A stretch of 64,000 nucleotides of DNA from the IMG/VR virus record IMGVR_UViG_3300030497_000001; one strand, written 5' to 3'. Positions 33,111-44,900 of this stretch are shown in pieces; the first letter of the stretch is position 1; the number at the start of each line of letters is the position of its first letter. Made by a program: the position numbers and the translations under genes. This stretch comes from a virus. The notes beneath the pieces are model-generated. The model saw nothing but the letters and a program-made list of their open reading frames with translations. It ran no database searches and was not told the origin of the DNA.

Positions 33111-33139
33111 ATTATATCATTACTATTGACTTTTGTCAA
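33111..33139 (-). promoter_or_regulatory. consensus sigma-A promoter (TTGACA-N17-TATAAT, extended TG) inside the tail fibre cluster
   Basis: Minus-strand TTGACA at 33139-33134, spacer AAAGTCAATAGTAATGA, TATAAT at 33116-33111. Confidence 0.65.
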
Positions 33140-33162
33140 AAAATGCGTTATGATAATACTAA

Positions 33163-34902
33163 TTATTTAGATACTTCACAAATAACATTACCACGAACGT
33201 TCACATCATCGCCACTGACAGTGATTGTTTTCCCTGTCTTGCTACCAGTAGTATTCCAGTTTGTGATTTTGTTATTGTTATTGTCATATAAGTACCAAGT
33301 ATATGTATAGCCTTGATTTCCTGCTGAATCAATTTCTGCTCCTGCTTGATAAATCTTCGCTGTTAAAGTTGTCGTTCCTGTACCATTCTTGAATGTGTTG
33401 ATACCAACGATTGTTACCATGAATGGGTCTGATACGTCAATTACTGTACATACATCTGAATACTTAACAGATAAGTATGTCGCCACACATTTGAATGACT
33501 CAACGTTTACAATCGCTGATGCAGGGATTGTAATTGTATCAGTTGTGTAACCTGTTACACCATTAGCTGATGCAGTGTCTTTCATTAATCTCCAACCGTT
33601 TCCTCCATCTGCATCTCCACCAGAAGCAGTAGTAGCAGTAGGGTCTTGGTAGTACCATTTATATGTAACGCCAGACGTTTGTACTGTAGAACCTTTATAT
33701 AAGTCACAATGAGCAGTTAGCGTACCGTTGGCATTCTTGATTGTATTCCCATCTGGTGTCCAAACTGTTGCACGAAGAGCATCTTGACCGTTAGTACCAT
33801 TTGTACCATCTGCAACAACAGGCACGATTTGTTCATCTAGCAATACTGTAACTCCACCTGCTTGATACAATCTTACTCTTACAGCTTTGATTCCTGCTGT
33901 TGGTGTATGAGTTTTAGATGCTTCGTTTGCAGAAGATGTATATTTGTCTGTATAAGCTGTTCCATCTGTTGTTTCTGCAATGACAAATCTTCCTGCATAA
34001 TCCGCTACTGCACTAGTTCCAGTTTGAGACTTAGCAGTAAACGTTACTGTAGCAGGAGTATATGCACCACTAGAGTTTTTAGAAATTGCTACGTTTGAAG
34101 ACATTAGCCAGTATGCTGTTGCACTTGCACCAGATTTATTCTTAGTTAATGTAAATCTTTTTACTATATTTGCATATCCAGATTTAGATGCAGTAAATTC
34201 TACATAACCTGTATCAGCAGACATTGCAGTAACAGTTGCAACAGCACTTGATGTAGCTTCTGTTACAGTTACATTGCTTCTTGTTTGTACGATAGTCCAA
34301 CCTGTAGCAACACTAGCTCCTTCATAGATTGTTAGAGTAGATGATGCACCTGTAAAGTTACCATTAGCACCTGCACTATCAGTTGGCACGCTATGAGAAT
34401 CATTACTTAAAACACCCATGATAGCGTTCGTACCGTTAGCACCATTCGTACCGTTAGTTACTTTTACAATCTCGTATTCTGCTTTAGCTGTTACTGTAAA
34501 GTTAGTATCAGTATCTAAGTATTGCATCTCACAGATATACGTCATAGAGTTATTGGAAGCCAATACGTTATTCTTAATTGTAAGAGTAACAGGCTTTCCC
34601 GTCCCTAAAGTATAGTTCGTATCACTTGCTGTAATCTCTGTTAATGCACCAGTTGAATTTGTTTGCACATACCATTTAGTAGATGTTGCTTGACCTGCCA
34701 CATCTGTTGGCGTACCTGCTACGAATAACTGTGGTGTTAACACGTTATTTGCAGTTGAATAGTTTGGGACGTATGCACTCGCCCCACTTCCATTTGGATT
34801 ATAAATTACTTGTCTTTGTTGCGTAGACCCAATAAACATGATTAGCTGTTTACTATCATTTAAGTCCACAAGAGTTAATTGACCCTGTGCTACAATTGCC
34901 AT
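33163..34902 (-). CDS. tail fibre / minor structural protein (Ig-like repeats)
   Basis: N-terminal GQLTLVDLND anchor motif shared with the 1429-aa protein. Thr/Ser/Ala-rich beta-repeat composition. Confidence 0.6.
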   Translation of the reverse strand: MAIVAQGQLTLVDLNDSKQLIMFIGSTQQRQVIYNPNGSGASAYVPNYSTANNVLTPQLFVAGTPTDVAGQATSTKWYVQTNSTGALTEITASDTNYTLGTGKPVTLTIKNNVLASNNSMTYICEMQYLDTDTNFTVTAKAEYEIVKVTNGTNGANGTNAIMGVLSNDSHSVPTDSAGANGNFTGASSTLTIYEGASVATGWTIVQTRSNVTVTEATSSAVATVTAMSADTGYVEFTASKSGYANIVKRFTLTKNKSGASATAYWLMSSNVAISKNSSGAYTPATVTFTAKSQTGTSAVADYAGRFVIAETTDGTAYTDKYTSSANEASKTHTPTAGIKAVRVRLYQAGGVTVLLDEQIVPVVADGTNGTNGQDALRATVWTPDGNTIKNANGTLTAHCDLYKGSTVQTSGVTYKWYYQDPTATTASGGDADGGNGWRLMKDTASANGVTGYTTDTITIPASAIVNVESFKCVATYLSVKYSDVCTVIDVSDPFMVTIVGINTFKNGTGTTTLTAKIYQAGAEIDSAGNQGYTYTWYLYDNNNNKITNWNTTGSKTGKTITVSGDDVNVRGNVICEVSK

Positions 34903-34934
34903 TTCTTACCATTCCTTTTCCTCATAAATGTTTA

Positions 34935-37595
34935 TTACATGTCGATATCGCATGTGAAAATTGCTCTCTGGTATACTTCCAGATTTGTTACATGGATTTT
35001 ATTTCCAACACCAACATTAGCATTTGTCCATGCAGTATCAAGCACTCCATCCTTATTATACTTCTTCCAAATAAAACCTGCTTTTGGAACTGTGTCAGTG
35101 ATTTCTTTTTGTCCACGCCATACTCTAGCTGTGATATCTGTATCAATGTCACCGTTTCTAAAAGTGAAACCTTTTGTCGAATGGAACTCAATCTTATACA
35201 CAACATCGTTCTTAACTTCATTAATCTCATCTTGAACGCTTTCTGCTGTATCCTTGGCATCTTGTGCAATTTGTTTAGCTCTTAATGATAATTGTTTCTC
35301 AACTTCTGTTTCAGCATTATCATAGTTTTTCCATCTAGCATCAAAGATATTTCTGTCGATTCTTGTTGTATACGCCATATTGTTAGGGTCTAACAAAGGT
35401 TTATCTCCATGCAACTGTACGAATAAATAATCATATAGTTCTGCATATCTTGTATGATATTCTGTTACGAAAGCCAAATCGCTTCCATTATTCTCATAAT
35501 AGTTATTTATTTTAAATGTATTAGCATTGTACGAGTTAAGAATCTTATCCCATTCAAGCTTCAACATCTTCTTCTCATAAGCTGTAATCATATTATCAGC
35601 TTTGAAATCATCTACGAAGTTAGATGAATCTGTAAATCTGTCAATTAAGTTTCCACCACTGCTTGACTCTAAAATAAATGCACTAGCATCAATTCTTACA
35701 CCGTTCTTATCAAACGTGAATGAGCCAGAACTATTTGTTAGAATCAAGTTTTCACCTGCGATGATTTGACCGATTAGACGTTCTGCAACGATACCATCTG
35801 GTTTGATTGCAGTCTTCCATGTTTCTCCTTTATCTTGCGATAAAGCAATTACCCCAGATTGGATAATAACTACTTCATTTGGATTGTCTGGGCTTGTAAC
35901 AATCATTCCACGATTACCGATTTCAATAGAGTTGTTAACCCCTGCGATAATCTTGTTCTTTGTTGCATCCCATTCACTCGTTACGATATTGCTTACAGTG
36001 TCTTCAATTTTATTTACTTTATCCCACTTGTACTTATTGGCTTCTACTAGAGATGAAGCACTAGAGTTACTGTATAGTAATTGAACTAGCTTCTCTGTAT
36101 CACTTAGCAAGTCCTTTGTGTTTGCAACTGTAATACTAGCTTCGTTATTTTCTAAATCGTATTTAATCTCAATAATCTTAGCTGTATACTCAATATTCAT
36201 TTGAGGATATTTAACCTTGATTAAATCTCCCAGAACGAGTTTATCCCAATAATATTGTTCTTCAATAATGTTTAATAGATTATCAATCGTTACATCTAGC
36301 ACGACTTTTGGTTGTCGAATTTCTTCAAACTTCTTCAAACCATCTTGATATAACTCTTTTGCATCTATGTATTTATCATCTGCCCACTTACTCTCAATAA
36401 TGAATAGATTTAACTCATCTAATAGTTGAGGTGTAAATCCGCTACCAGTAGCAATTTCATCTTGCAATTTATCAATTTGTGTGTCATAATTTTTAATAGC
36501 ATTAGTGATGATATCATTCTTCTGTCTCTGTGCAGTGATTTGAGCAGTTTTGTTAGTTAACTCTTGTTGACGTTGAGCAATTAACGTTTGATTCTCTGTA
36601 GCCTTTGCAGTATCTAGCAGACCCTCAATCGTCTTTAACTCTCCTTCTAATTGAGTTAACTTAACTTCTTCTGTTAATAATTCATTTTCTTTAGCTGTCT
36701 TATCATCCATGTAACTCTTGATAATAGGTGCTTTTGCCTTGATTAGCTCTTGCTGATTCAAGATTGCATGACATAATTCGTCAGACATAAAGAATGAACT
36801 CTTGATAGTGTTTTTGTTTATATCACGTTCAAACGGATACATAAAGAATGAGAAGTCTTCGATATATGCTTGACCTGTTGGGTTTACCGCATGAATCCCT
36901 AGACCTTCATTACCAGAAATATACAATCTAGTAACCATCTCATCTGTTGTTCTCGTTTTCTTAATTGAACGTAAGAAGCGACCATAGTTTACAGTCATAC
37001 CTCTAAATTGACCATTCTTAGACATATCCTTGAATGATACTTTTCTGTTTTCTGTATCCCAAACAATCAGAGCACCATAAGTCTCTCCTGCTTGTGTAAT
37101 ACAATCTAGAACGTTTGAATCTGTCCCAGAATCGAATGAGCGAAACATCGCATCAAACATTGGGTCAACCGTCCCTATTTTCCAAATAGTGGAACTTAAA
37201 AGATTCTTCAATAAATCAGTAGCGTTAATAGAATCTTCTGTGTATTCACTTACCCTTTTCCCTTTTAACTCATAACCTAAAGAAAAAGCAGTAACGTTGA
37301 AGATATCGGAATCATCACCGTCTTCTTCAATTCCGTCAACTACATACCATTCCTTGTATGCTCCCATTGTAACTCTGATTAACATTTTCTCTTTAATCAA
37401 TTCTACGTGAGGATTGCTTTCTTCGTCTTCAATGAAATGAGGAATAGAGAAGCTTAGTTCGTTGATGTTGCCTAACTTAATAGACATCTCTCCACGCATC
37501 TTTTCATGAATGTGAGAGATAATCGTCTTGTTAGGTTTAGCTAAATGAAATTTAGCTTCTTGCAACCGTTTATTATAATCAATATCAATAAACAA
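34935..37595 (-). CDS. tail-associated lysin-like / baseplate hub protein (Tal)
   Basis: The N-terminal region resembles the phage minor structural / prophage-tail endopeptidase family. Long central coiled coil. Positioned after Dit. TTG start after GGGG. Confidence 0.65.
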   Translation of the reverse strand: MFIDIDYNKRLQEAKFHLAKPNKTIISHIHEKMRGEMSIKLGNINELSFSIPHFIEDEESNPHVELIKEKMLIRVTMGAYKEWYVVDGIEEDGDDSDIFNVTAFSLGYELKGKRVSEYTEDSINATDLLKNLLSSTIWKIGTVDPMFDAMFRSFDSGTDSNVLDCITQAGETYGALIVWDTENRKVSFKDMSKNGQFRGMTVNYGRFLRSIKKTRTTDEMVTRLYISGNEGLGIHAVNPTGQAYIEDFSFFMYPFERDINKNTIKSSFFMSDELCHAILNQQELIKAKAPIIKSYMDDKTAKENELLTEEVKLTQLEGELKTIEGLLDTAKATENQTLIAQRQQELTNKTAQITAQRQKNDIITNAIKNYDTQIDKLQDEIATGSGFTPQLLDELNLFIIESKWADDKYIDAKELYQDGLKKFEEIRQPKVVLDVTIDNLLNIIEEQYYWDKLVLGDLIKVKYPQMNIEYTAKIIEIKYDLENNEASITVANTKDLLSDTEKLVQLLYSNSSASSLVEANKYKWDKVNKIEDTVSNIVTSEWDATKNKIIAGVNNSIEIGNRGMIVTSPDNPNEVVIIQSGVIALSQDKGETWKTAIKPDGIVAERLIGQIIAGENLILTNSSGSFTFDKNGVRIDASAFILESSSGGNLIDRFTDSSNFVDDFKADNMITAYEKKMLKLEWDKILNSYNANTFKINNYYENNGSDLAFVTEYHTRYAELYDYLFVQLHGDKPLLDPNNMAYTTRIDRNIFDARWKNYDNAETEVEKQLSLRAKQIAQDAKDTAESVQDEINEVKNDVVYKIEFHSTKGFTFRNGDIDTDITARVWRGQKEITDTVPKAGFIWKKYNKDGVLDTAWTNANVGVGNKIHVTNLEVYQRAIFTCDIDM

Positions 37596-37611
37596 GCTCT
37601 ATACCCCTTTC

Positions 37612-38097
37612 CTACACTTGATGTAAATCGTACACTTCAAATAACTCTTGCGGTGTAACGTCACCTATGTTTTCATAATTGTTTCTTTTTATTCCTGCTT
37701 TATAATAAGCTAAGTCGATTAATTCAGAACAAATCATCTTATTAGCACTATTAAAATAAGCATCTCTTTTTCTCTTAAATACCAAAGATAAGAATATGCC
37801 AATCAGTTGCAGATAATCATATCCCATACCTAACTGTTGATGAGCGTACCTTACAATCTTATCTGTAACTTCTTTCGGCTGATAGCCTGTAGTATAAACA
37901 ACGTGTTCATCACTTAGTTGTATCCTTGCAAGCTTAGTTTTACTGAATCTATCCGACTCAATAATAGTTGCAACTCCTGTCATCTTGTCATATCCAACGA
38001 TAATGGCAACATGTGTAAACTCGCTTTTTGTAACTTTGGCAATCATCTTAGATATTAAAGAATTGGTTTTCTTGAAAAATACTAAATTTCCAATCAT
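37612..38097 (-). CDS. permuted papain-like (NlpC/P60-related, YiiX/C92-like) cysteine peptidase
   Basis: His in EFTHVAIIVG precedes Cys in KMICSELIDLAY, i.e. a permuted order. 161 aa. Confidence 0.55.
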   Translation of the reverse strand: MIGNLVFFKKTNSLISKMIAKVTKSEFTHVAIIVGYDKMTGVATIIESDRFSKTKLARIQLSDEHVVYTTGYQPKEVTDKIVRYAHQQLGMGYDYLQLIGIFLSLVFKRKRDAYFNSANKMICSELIDLAYYKAGIKRNNYENIGDVTPQELFEVYDLHQV

Positions 38098-38119
38098 AAT
38101 ACCACACCTTAATAATGTA

Positions 38120-38148
38120 ATTATACCATAAACTTTTGCTTTTGTCTA
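38120..38148 (-). promoter_or_regulatory. sigma-A-type promoter (TAGACA-N17-TATAAT, extended TG)
   Basis: Minus-strand TAGACA at 38148-38143, spacer AAAGCAAAAGTTTATGG, TATAAT at 38125-38120. Confidence 0.55.
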
Positions 38149-38159
38149 TTTATGTGTTG

Positions 38160-38930
38160 TTAAAATCTGTATTTATTTTTAAATCTAAATTGGATTTCAC
38201 AAGCACCTGTGACTTTAAAGCGATTCTGACCATATACTAATCTTGGGAAATTGCCCACGATTTTGTCATATCTGTACACACCAATTATATCAGTTTCGAT
38301 AATCTCTTTTTCACAGTTGATATAAATATCTTCTGCATTTGTCAAATCTCTAACTTCAAATATATTACCTTTATCATCTAGACTTTCGATGGTTACTGTA
38401 CCTGCACCAGACTTCTTAATAGAAATCTCTGGGTACACATCAAAATGACTGTCGCTTGGTACTGTGATAGTTACAGGCGTTGTTGATACAGTTTGCTTTG
38501 TTGTAATAACATCTGGTGAATAAACTCTAGAAGAATCACATCTCATTTTGATTTTAAAATAGCCTTCGCTAAATCCTGTATGTACGATACTAGAATCATC
38601 AATTGGCATACAATAGAATACTCTATTTTCTTTACCTCTAAAGTATAAAGGCTTATAGTAATCTACCCATAACCATCTAATGATAGAATCAATTTTCGCA
38701 TCATCGAATTTACCTTCAAATGCGATTGTCATCTCAAATTCCAGAGGTGAGTTTTCGATACCATGTAGCATCGGTTTATCATTACCTCTGACTTTTGTCT
38801 CATTAATTTCTCTTGTGGCAACGAATGTTTCTTCAAACATTCCGCTATCTGTAACAACATTTACTAATTGAAATGTATCAGACCAGACACCATTGAAATT
38901 AAAATACAATTTATCCTTAATTGTTGGCAT
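38160..38930 (-). CDS. distal tail protein (Dit)
   Basis: Siphovirus tail-component-like N-terminus (F.FNG..S..F.L.......P......E..V.G.D). Positioned directly after the tape measure gene. Confidence 0.7.
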   Translation of the reverse strand: MPTIKDKLYFNFNGVWSDTFQLVNVVTDSGMFEETFVATREINETKVRGNDKPMLHGIENSPLEFEMTIAFEGKFDDAKIDSIIRWLWVDYYKPLYFRGKENRVFYCMPIDDSSIVHTGFSEGYFKIKMRCDSSRVYSPDVITTKQTVSTTPVTITVPSDSHFDVYPEISIKKSGAGTVTIESLDDKGNIFEVRDLTNAEDIYINCEKEIIETDIIGVYRYDKIVGNFPRLVYGQNRFKVTGACEIQFRFKNKYRF

Positions 38931-38974
38931 CCCTTTTCCTCCTTTAAATTAAAAAGAAAGGTGAAGGGAAGAGC

Positions 38975-41900
38975 CTAACGACCCTTCTTCTTCATACCTT
39001 TCATGATTTCGCCTGCGATAGCATCCGCTTTCTTCTTATCTCCACCTTCAACTGTTACATTGATGTCTCCATAAGATACGTTCACAATACTACCTGCTGT
39101 TGCAAGTTTACTGCTGATAGAGTTTCCGCTTAATGCAGGGATAACGTCTTTAACTTTTTCCATAATTTTAACTGCATCTAAAATATCTGATGTTTGGTTT
39201 TTGTTTAAGACAAGTTCTTTCTTATGTAGTAAAGCTAGTGCTCCTTCATTTGGCACATTATCACCAGTGTAACCACCAGTATCAAATGCCTTAATGTATT
39301 TCTTGTTTGCGTAACCTGTAGTTGTTCCTCTGTTATTAGAGAACTTAACTTTCCACCAATCTCCATCTTCACCTAAGATTTGTACGTTTGCACCATTTAA
39401 GATACGTCTTACTACTCCACCCTGTAAGTTTGGAGCGTTACGGATGTTTAAGTAGCTATCTGCTGTTACACCAGTTACGTTACCCTTAGTAGGCATTTGT
39501 GGTTGTGGTGTAGGTGGTTGTGGTTTTGTTGGTGGTGGTGGCTCTGGTGCAGGCTTCATTGGTCTTGCAGGGTCATCTGGGCGAAGAACCTCATTCTCAA
39601 ATGTTTGATAGCCTTTTGCTTTAAGAAGCTCATCCACGTTGTTCATTGGCTCTTTAGAGTTAAAGTCCATGTTGTCAACAACTAAGCCATTTGCTTCCGC
39701 AACTTGTTTCTTAGTTTCGTCAGAGAATCCACCGAATCCAGATGATAAACCATCAAAGATTCCTTTATTCATGTTGTCGATGTTTTGCTTCATTTTCGCT
39801 AACTCATCGGCAAGCTTTTTAAAGCTACCTTCGATAAATTGATTACGCATGTCTGCCCAATATTTATCGTTGTTTAATAAGTCATCGTATTGTTTAGTTA
39901 CGTCTTCTTTTTGTTTGTCAAGGTCACCGATTTTACCATCTAGTTCTTCTTGCTCTGTTTTCTTTTTGTTTTCGATTTCGTCTAGCTGTGCTTGTTTTTG
40001 GTCTTCAAGAGCTTGCTTCATTAATTCACGTTGACGTTCTTTTTGATATTCCGCTAGTTCTTTATCGACATCTGCTAGTTCCTTTTTAAGTTCCGCAAGT
40101 TTTTTCTTACCTTCAAGTGAATTATCTCTTGATAAAATGCTGATTTTATTTTGTAGTTCTGAACGTTTTGCATTCTTTTCGTCTAATCCTTTTTGGTAAT
40201 CTTCGTTTTCCTTCTCTTTGTCCATTTCTTTAAACTTAGCATCGTACACCTTGTTAATCTTGTCGATTTCCTTGTCGTACAGCTTCATCTTTTCGTCATG
40301 AGCTTTTTGAAGGTTGTTTTGTTCTTTTTCGATTGCATCTAATGCCATGTCCTTCATCTTACCGTAGTAATCTTTCAATTGACCAATACCATCATCTGCC
40401 ACGCTTGCACGTGTATCTTTAATCTCTTTTTCAGCTTGCAGAACTGCTAGAGTTGAATCCTCCCAAGCTTCTTTAACCTTGTCTACTTCCGCTCTGATAT
40501 CTTTGGCAACTTGGCTATCCTTACCGAATCTATCTTCTGCTTCATATAGTTTCAACATTAAATCTCTTTGTTGGTTCTCTAACTTAGCTCTTTCTTGTTT
40601 TAATTGATTTGCTTTATCAATATAAAGGTTCATCATTTTTGTCATGTTATCTGGGTCTACTAATTTAGCAACCTCAATCGCAAAGTCGATGTCATCTACT
40701 TTAGCTTTAATCTCTTCTAATCCTTTAGTATACTGTTCAACAATAGCTTCTACGTGAGCTTTTAAGATTTCCGCATAACGGTTTTCCCAATTGTCTAAGA
40801 AGTCTTGCCATTCAGCTCTCATACTTTGGATTGAGCTTAGATTGCTTTCGTATTCTTGCATTAACTTATTGTATTGGTCACGTTGCTCTTTTGTATGAGC
40901 GTTGATGTTTTTCAGACCTTCTAGTTCACGTTTGATTTGTTCGTTTCTACGTTCTTTATCCCATAGGTCGTGATTTAATAGTTCCCAACGTTTAATTTCA
41001 ACTTGGTATACATCGTTCATCATCTTGCGATATTCTGCTGTATACTTGTTCATGTTTTTCATTTTTGTTTCCATCCACTTGATTGTTACATCAAGCTCAC
41101 TCATGCTACGTTGCCATGAGTTCCAAGGCATTGCATCCGCTAACTTATCGCTATCATCTGCACTAGATTTGACTTTAGTATCTGAATAGAATGATTCTTT
41201 TACCCAACTTCCATCTTCTGTTTGGACGTATCCTTTTTTTCTTCTGTTAGGGTCAGTTCTATCATTTTCTGCAAAACTATCATCATAGCTACCTAAAGCA
41301 GTGAATACTCCCATTCTACCGTAAGAATCTAATCCACTGTAGATTGAAGGGATAAGTCTACCAGACGTACCGCTACCTCCACCTGCTGTTCCAGAATCAC
41401 CAGAACTTGCACTGAAAGCACCTGCCGCACTTGCTACTGCACTTGCTACCTCTCCACCTTGTAGTCCTGTAATGTTATTGATTGTAGACATATTCCAAGA
41501 TGCACCTGTTGGTAATGCAGGTAATGTTGGAGCTTTAACTTGAACGCTAGAAGCCTGTTGTGCTTTTGCGATATAGTTGTTTAGACTTGACATCGCACCT
41601 GCGATTGTGCTATTTAAACCTTGTACAGCAGATTTAGCTTGGTTAGCTGAATCCTTAACTTTGTTTAAAGCACTAGCTTGCGAATTGTGAGCACTGTTCA
41701 TAGCACCTGTAGAACTTGCAACTGCTCCTGCCATAGCACTGAATGCACCTCTAACAACATTCGCAATTGCCATTGTTCCTGTACCAAGAGATAATACTGC
41801 TTGTAAGTAAGTTTGGATTGCTTGAATGATTGATGAGATTGAGCTAATTGCAGATTGTGCCATTGAGCCATAAGCTTGTGACATTTGTTGCGTTGCATTG

Positions 41901-44900
41901 ATAGCTTGCATAATTGCATTAGCTTCTGCTTGTTTAGCGTTCGCATTAGCACTACTTGCTTGTGCCGAAGTGTTAGAAGCGTTAGCTTCATTTGATTTAG
42001 CATTAGCATTAGCACTTGATGCATCTGCTGATGCTCTAGAAGCATCTGATGCTTGGTTCATACCGACAGCAGATAAACTTGCTGAATTACCAAGTTGTTG
42101 CATCGCTTGACTAGCTGTTCCAGAAGCATTAGATATAGTGAATAATGCAACGCCAAATGACTCTGCTCCACTTACACCGCTTCCGAAGTTGTTGCTTAAT
42201 GTTGAAATAGCATTACCTACTTCTCCTGCTTTGCCAACTGTGTTACCCATAGCGTTTTGCAGTTCGCCTTGTTTAGCAATAAATGAATCAAATCCACTTA
42301 CTGTGTTTGCAATAGCTGTACCTGCATTTTGCATCGCTGTAGCTGTTTCTTGTGCTTTACCACCCATGCTACCCATTGACTGTACAACAGCATCCTGTGC
42401 TAGTTTGTATTGGTCTAATGCGTTTTTAGCGTTACCGATTGATGTAACATCTTGACCAATCTTTTGAGCACTTTGACCAGATTGAGTAGCCATACCTGCT
42501 ACTTGCTCTTGGAATAATTGTGCCTGTGTTTTAAATGGACTCATGAAGCCAGTCTGCATACCTTGACCTAATTGACCAAATGCAGTATTGATTCCACCAA
42601 CCTGTGTTTCAACTTGCGTTTTAGTTTCACCCATTGTAGTACCAACTTGGTTAAGGTTCTCTTTTAATGGTGCTAGGTTGTTTCCTGCGTTACCGATTGT
42701 AGATGTTGCTTGGCTGATTCCACCTGCTGATTCATTTGCCTTGCCTTTAGCTTCGTCAAATTTTTGTCCAACTTGGTCAGCTTGGTCTTTTACAGGACTC
42801 ATGTTTCCACCTGCGTTACCGATTCTGCCTGCACTCTGTTCAATGCTACCTGCTGATTCGCCTACTTTTTGAGCTGTTTCACCTGTCTTCTGACTAACTT
42901 CTCCAATCTTCAATCCGAATGGGTCGGCTAACGAACCTGCTAAACCGATTCTCATACCGCCTTGTTCGTATTGACCTGCCGTTAACGACATGTTATCTCC
43001 ACTTAGTTTTGCACTTTGTTGAAGTTGATTGAATGTTGTCATCAATGGATTCATGTATGTTCCAGAGTTACCAATTCTCATACCGTTAGTTTCGATACCT
43101 TGTGCACCCTTGATAGACTCTTCGGTAGTTTTTGCAAAGCCTTCTTTAATCTTGTTTAAGTTTTCGATTGTTGGAGACATGTTTATTTCTTTACCTAAAG
43201 AATTTTGAACTTTGTCAATAAATGTTTTAGCTTTGTTTCCTGTGTCATCTAACTTGTTACCAAATTCATCAAACTTGAATTTATTAGAATCAACTTTACC
43301 ACTGAAAATATCAGTAGCTTCTCCACTCTCACGCATCTTACCTACCCATGCTTCGAATGTTGCGATTTGGTCTTTCGTCATGCTACCGTAGTCCACAACT
43401 ACTTTACCGTTTTCGTCAATTTTTGTTTTTACTTGACCCATTGTGTCAGCTAGTTTATAATACTTATCAATGTTTTGTTCGATTTCGCCACGTGATACAC
43501 CGAATCTATTAGATAATTCTGTAACAGATTTACCCCATTGTTCTGTCTTTGTAGCGTTTTCACCGTACATCAATTGAGACATTTTCAAGCTTTCAAGATG
43601 ACCCTTGATTGCTGAAACTTCTTCGTTCTTATATCCATATAATGTTTTCTGTAAGTCGATAGCTTCAACCATTTTTTGGTTAGCTTTACCCTGTGCATCT
43701 GCCTGTTTGTTGATAGCATCCGCACTCTTACCTGTAGCATCTGCTCCTTCACCTACAGCATCCGCATAACCTGCGTTAGCTTCTTCACCTGCACGTGCTT
43801 TTAGAGCTTGGTTTTCACTAGCCATAGCTAATTGTTGAACGAAGTCTTTAGCTTCATTTGCAGACATACCTAGCTTTTCAGCGTAAGCAACATATCCATC
43901 CCAACCTTGACTACCGTTTTGTTGAATTTCCATTCCTAGTGCCAATAACTCTTTTAACTTGCTTTGCATCTTATCAATGCTACCGCCAAAGTTTTCAATG
44001 TTCATGAATCTTTCTGGGACTGTGCTACCAATTTTACCAATAGCTTGTTTAAGTTCTTCTACTTTTTGTTTACCTTTGTTTGTGCTAGTGTCGATTCCTG
44101 CTGTCATTCTGTCGAACTCTTTAGCGAATAGCTCACCAACACCTGCTCCACCCTTTACGATGTTATCCATAGCTTTCTTAATGTTGTCTGCACCCTTGAT
44201 TGCACCAGATGCGATTTTCTCATTTAAAGAGTTTGTATTAACTTTCATGAAGTTATCCACTGCTTTTTGAGCACCGTCACCTAGTTTAGCCATAGCACCG
44301 CTTGCTTCTAAAGTTGCTCTAGCTTGCTCTGTTAATGTATGGTTAATCTTCTGGAATGCTTCTTGTCGTTTTGATGCGTTTTGAAGTTCTTTAACATCTA
44401 AGTCTAGAATCTTCTTCTTATAAGCTTCTTCACGTTCTTCTCTTGATTGAGATGCAGTAGGTCTATTACGGAACTCTTCTGCTTCTTTTCGTTTTTGAAG
44501 TAGTTTTTCTTCTGCTTCAATTAGTTTACCGATGTCTTCTGTTGCTTTGTCTAAGTTTTGGTCTTTCATTGCAACTTGCTCTCTAGCTTTAGCTTCTGAA
44601 AGTTCTTTAGACATTTGTAGAGCTTTCTTAACTTCGTCTGTGTTCTTCAACCATGCTTGACCGTTAGCATCAATGAATTTTACAGAAGTTGGTAAGATTT
44701 CAGCTAGTTTAGATTGTACGATTAAGAATTGGTCATATTCCTGCGTTCCCTTTTGGATTGCTCCACTTGCAAAGGCTTTACTCATTGCATCGTATTTCTC
44801 AACTAGACCTCCAACTGTATCCATGTTTTTACGGTATCCGTCTACCATTTTTTGCGTAGCTCTATCTACCGCTTCTTGTTCTGCTTTTAACTTAGAGAAA

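Noticed and set aside
33126-33154. + strand TTGACT-N17-TATGAT promoter pointing antisense into the 579-aa fibre gene, considered as a stand-alone feature.
   Set aside because: It probably arises because the -35 of the minus-strand promoter is palindromic (TTGAC-TTTT-GTCAA). No + strand ORF or structured RNA is obvious downstream. It is mentioned under the 33070-33154 finding but not called as a feature.
41890-42070. Highly repetitive GCA/AGC/AAT-rich DNA that looks like a tandem or CRISPR-like repeat.
   Set aside because: It is in frame within the tape measure gene and encodes an Ala/Ser/Asn-rich tract (ASSANANAK...). There is no repeat-spacer periodicity.
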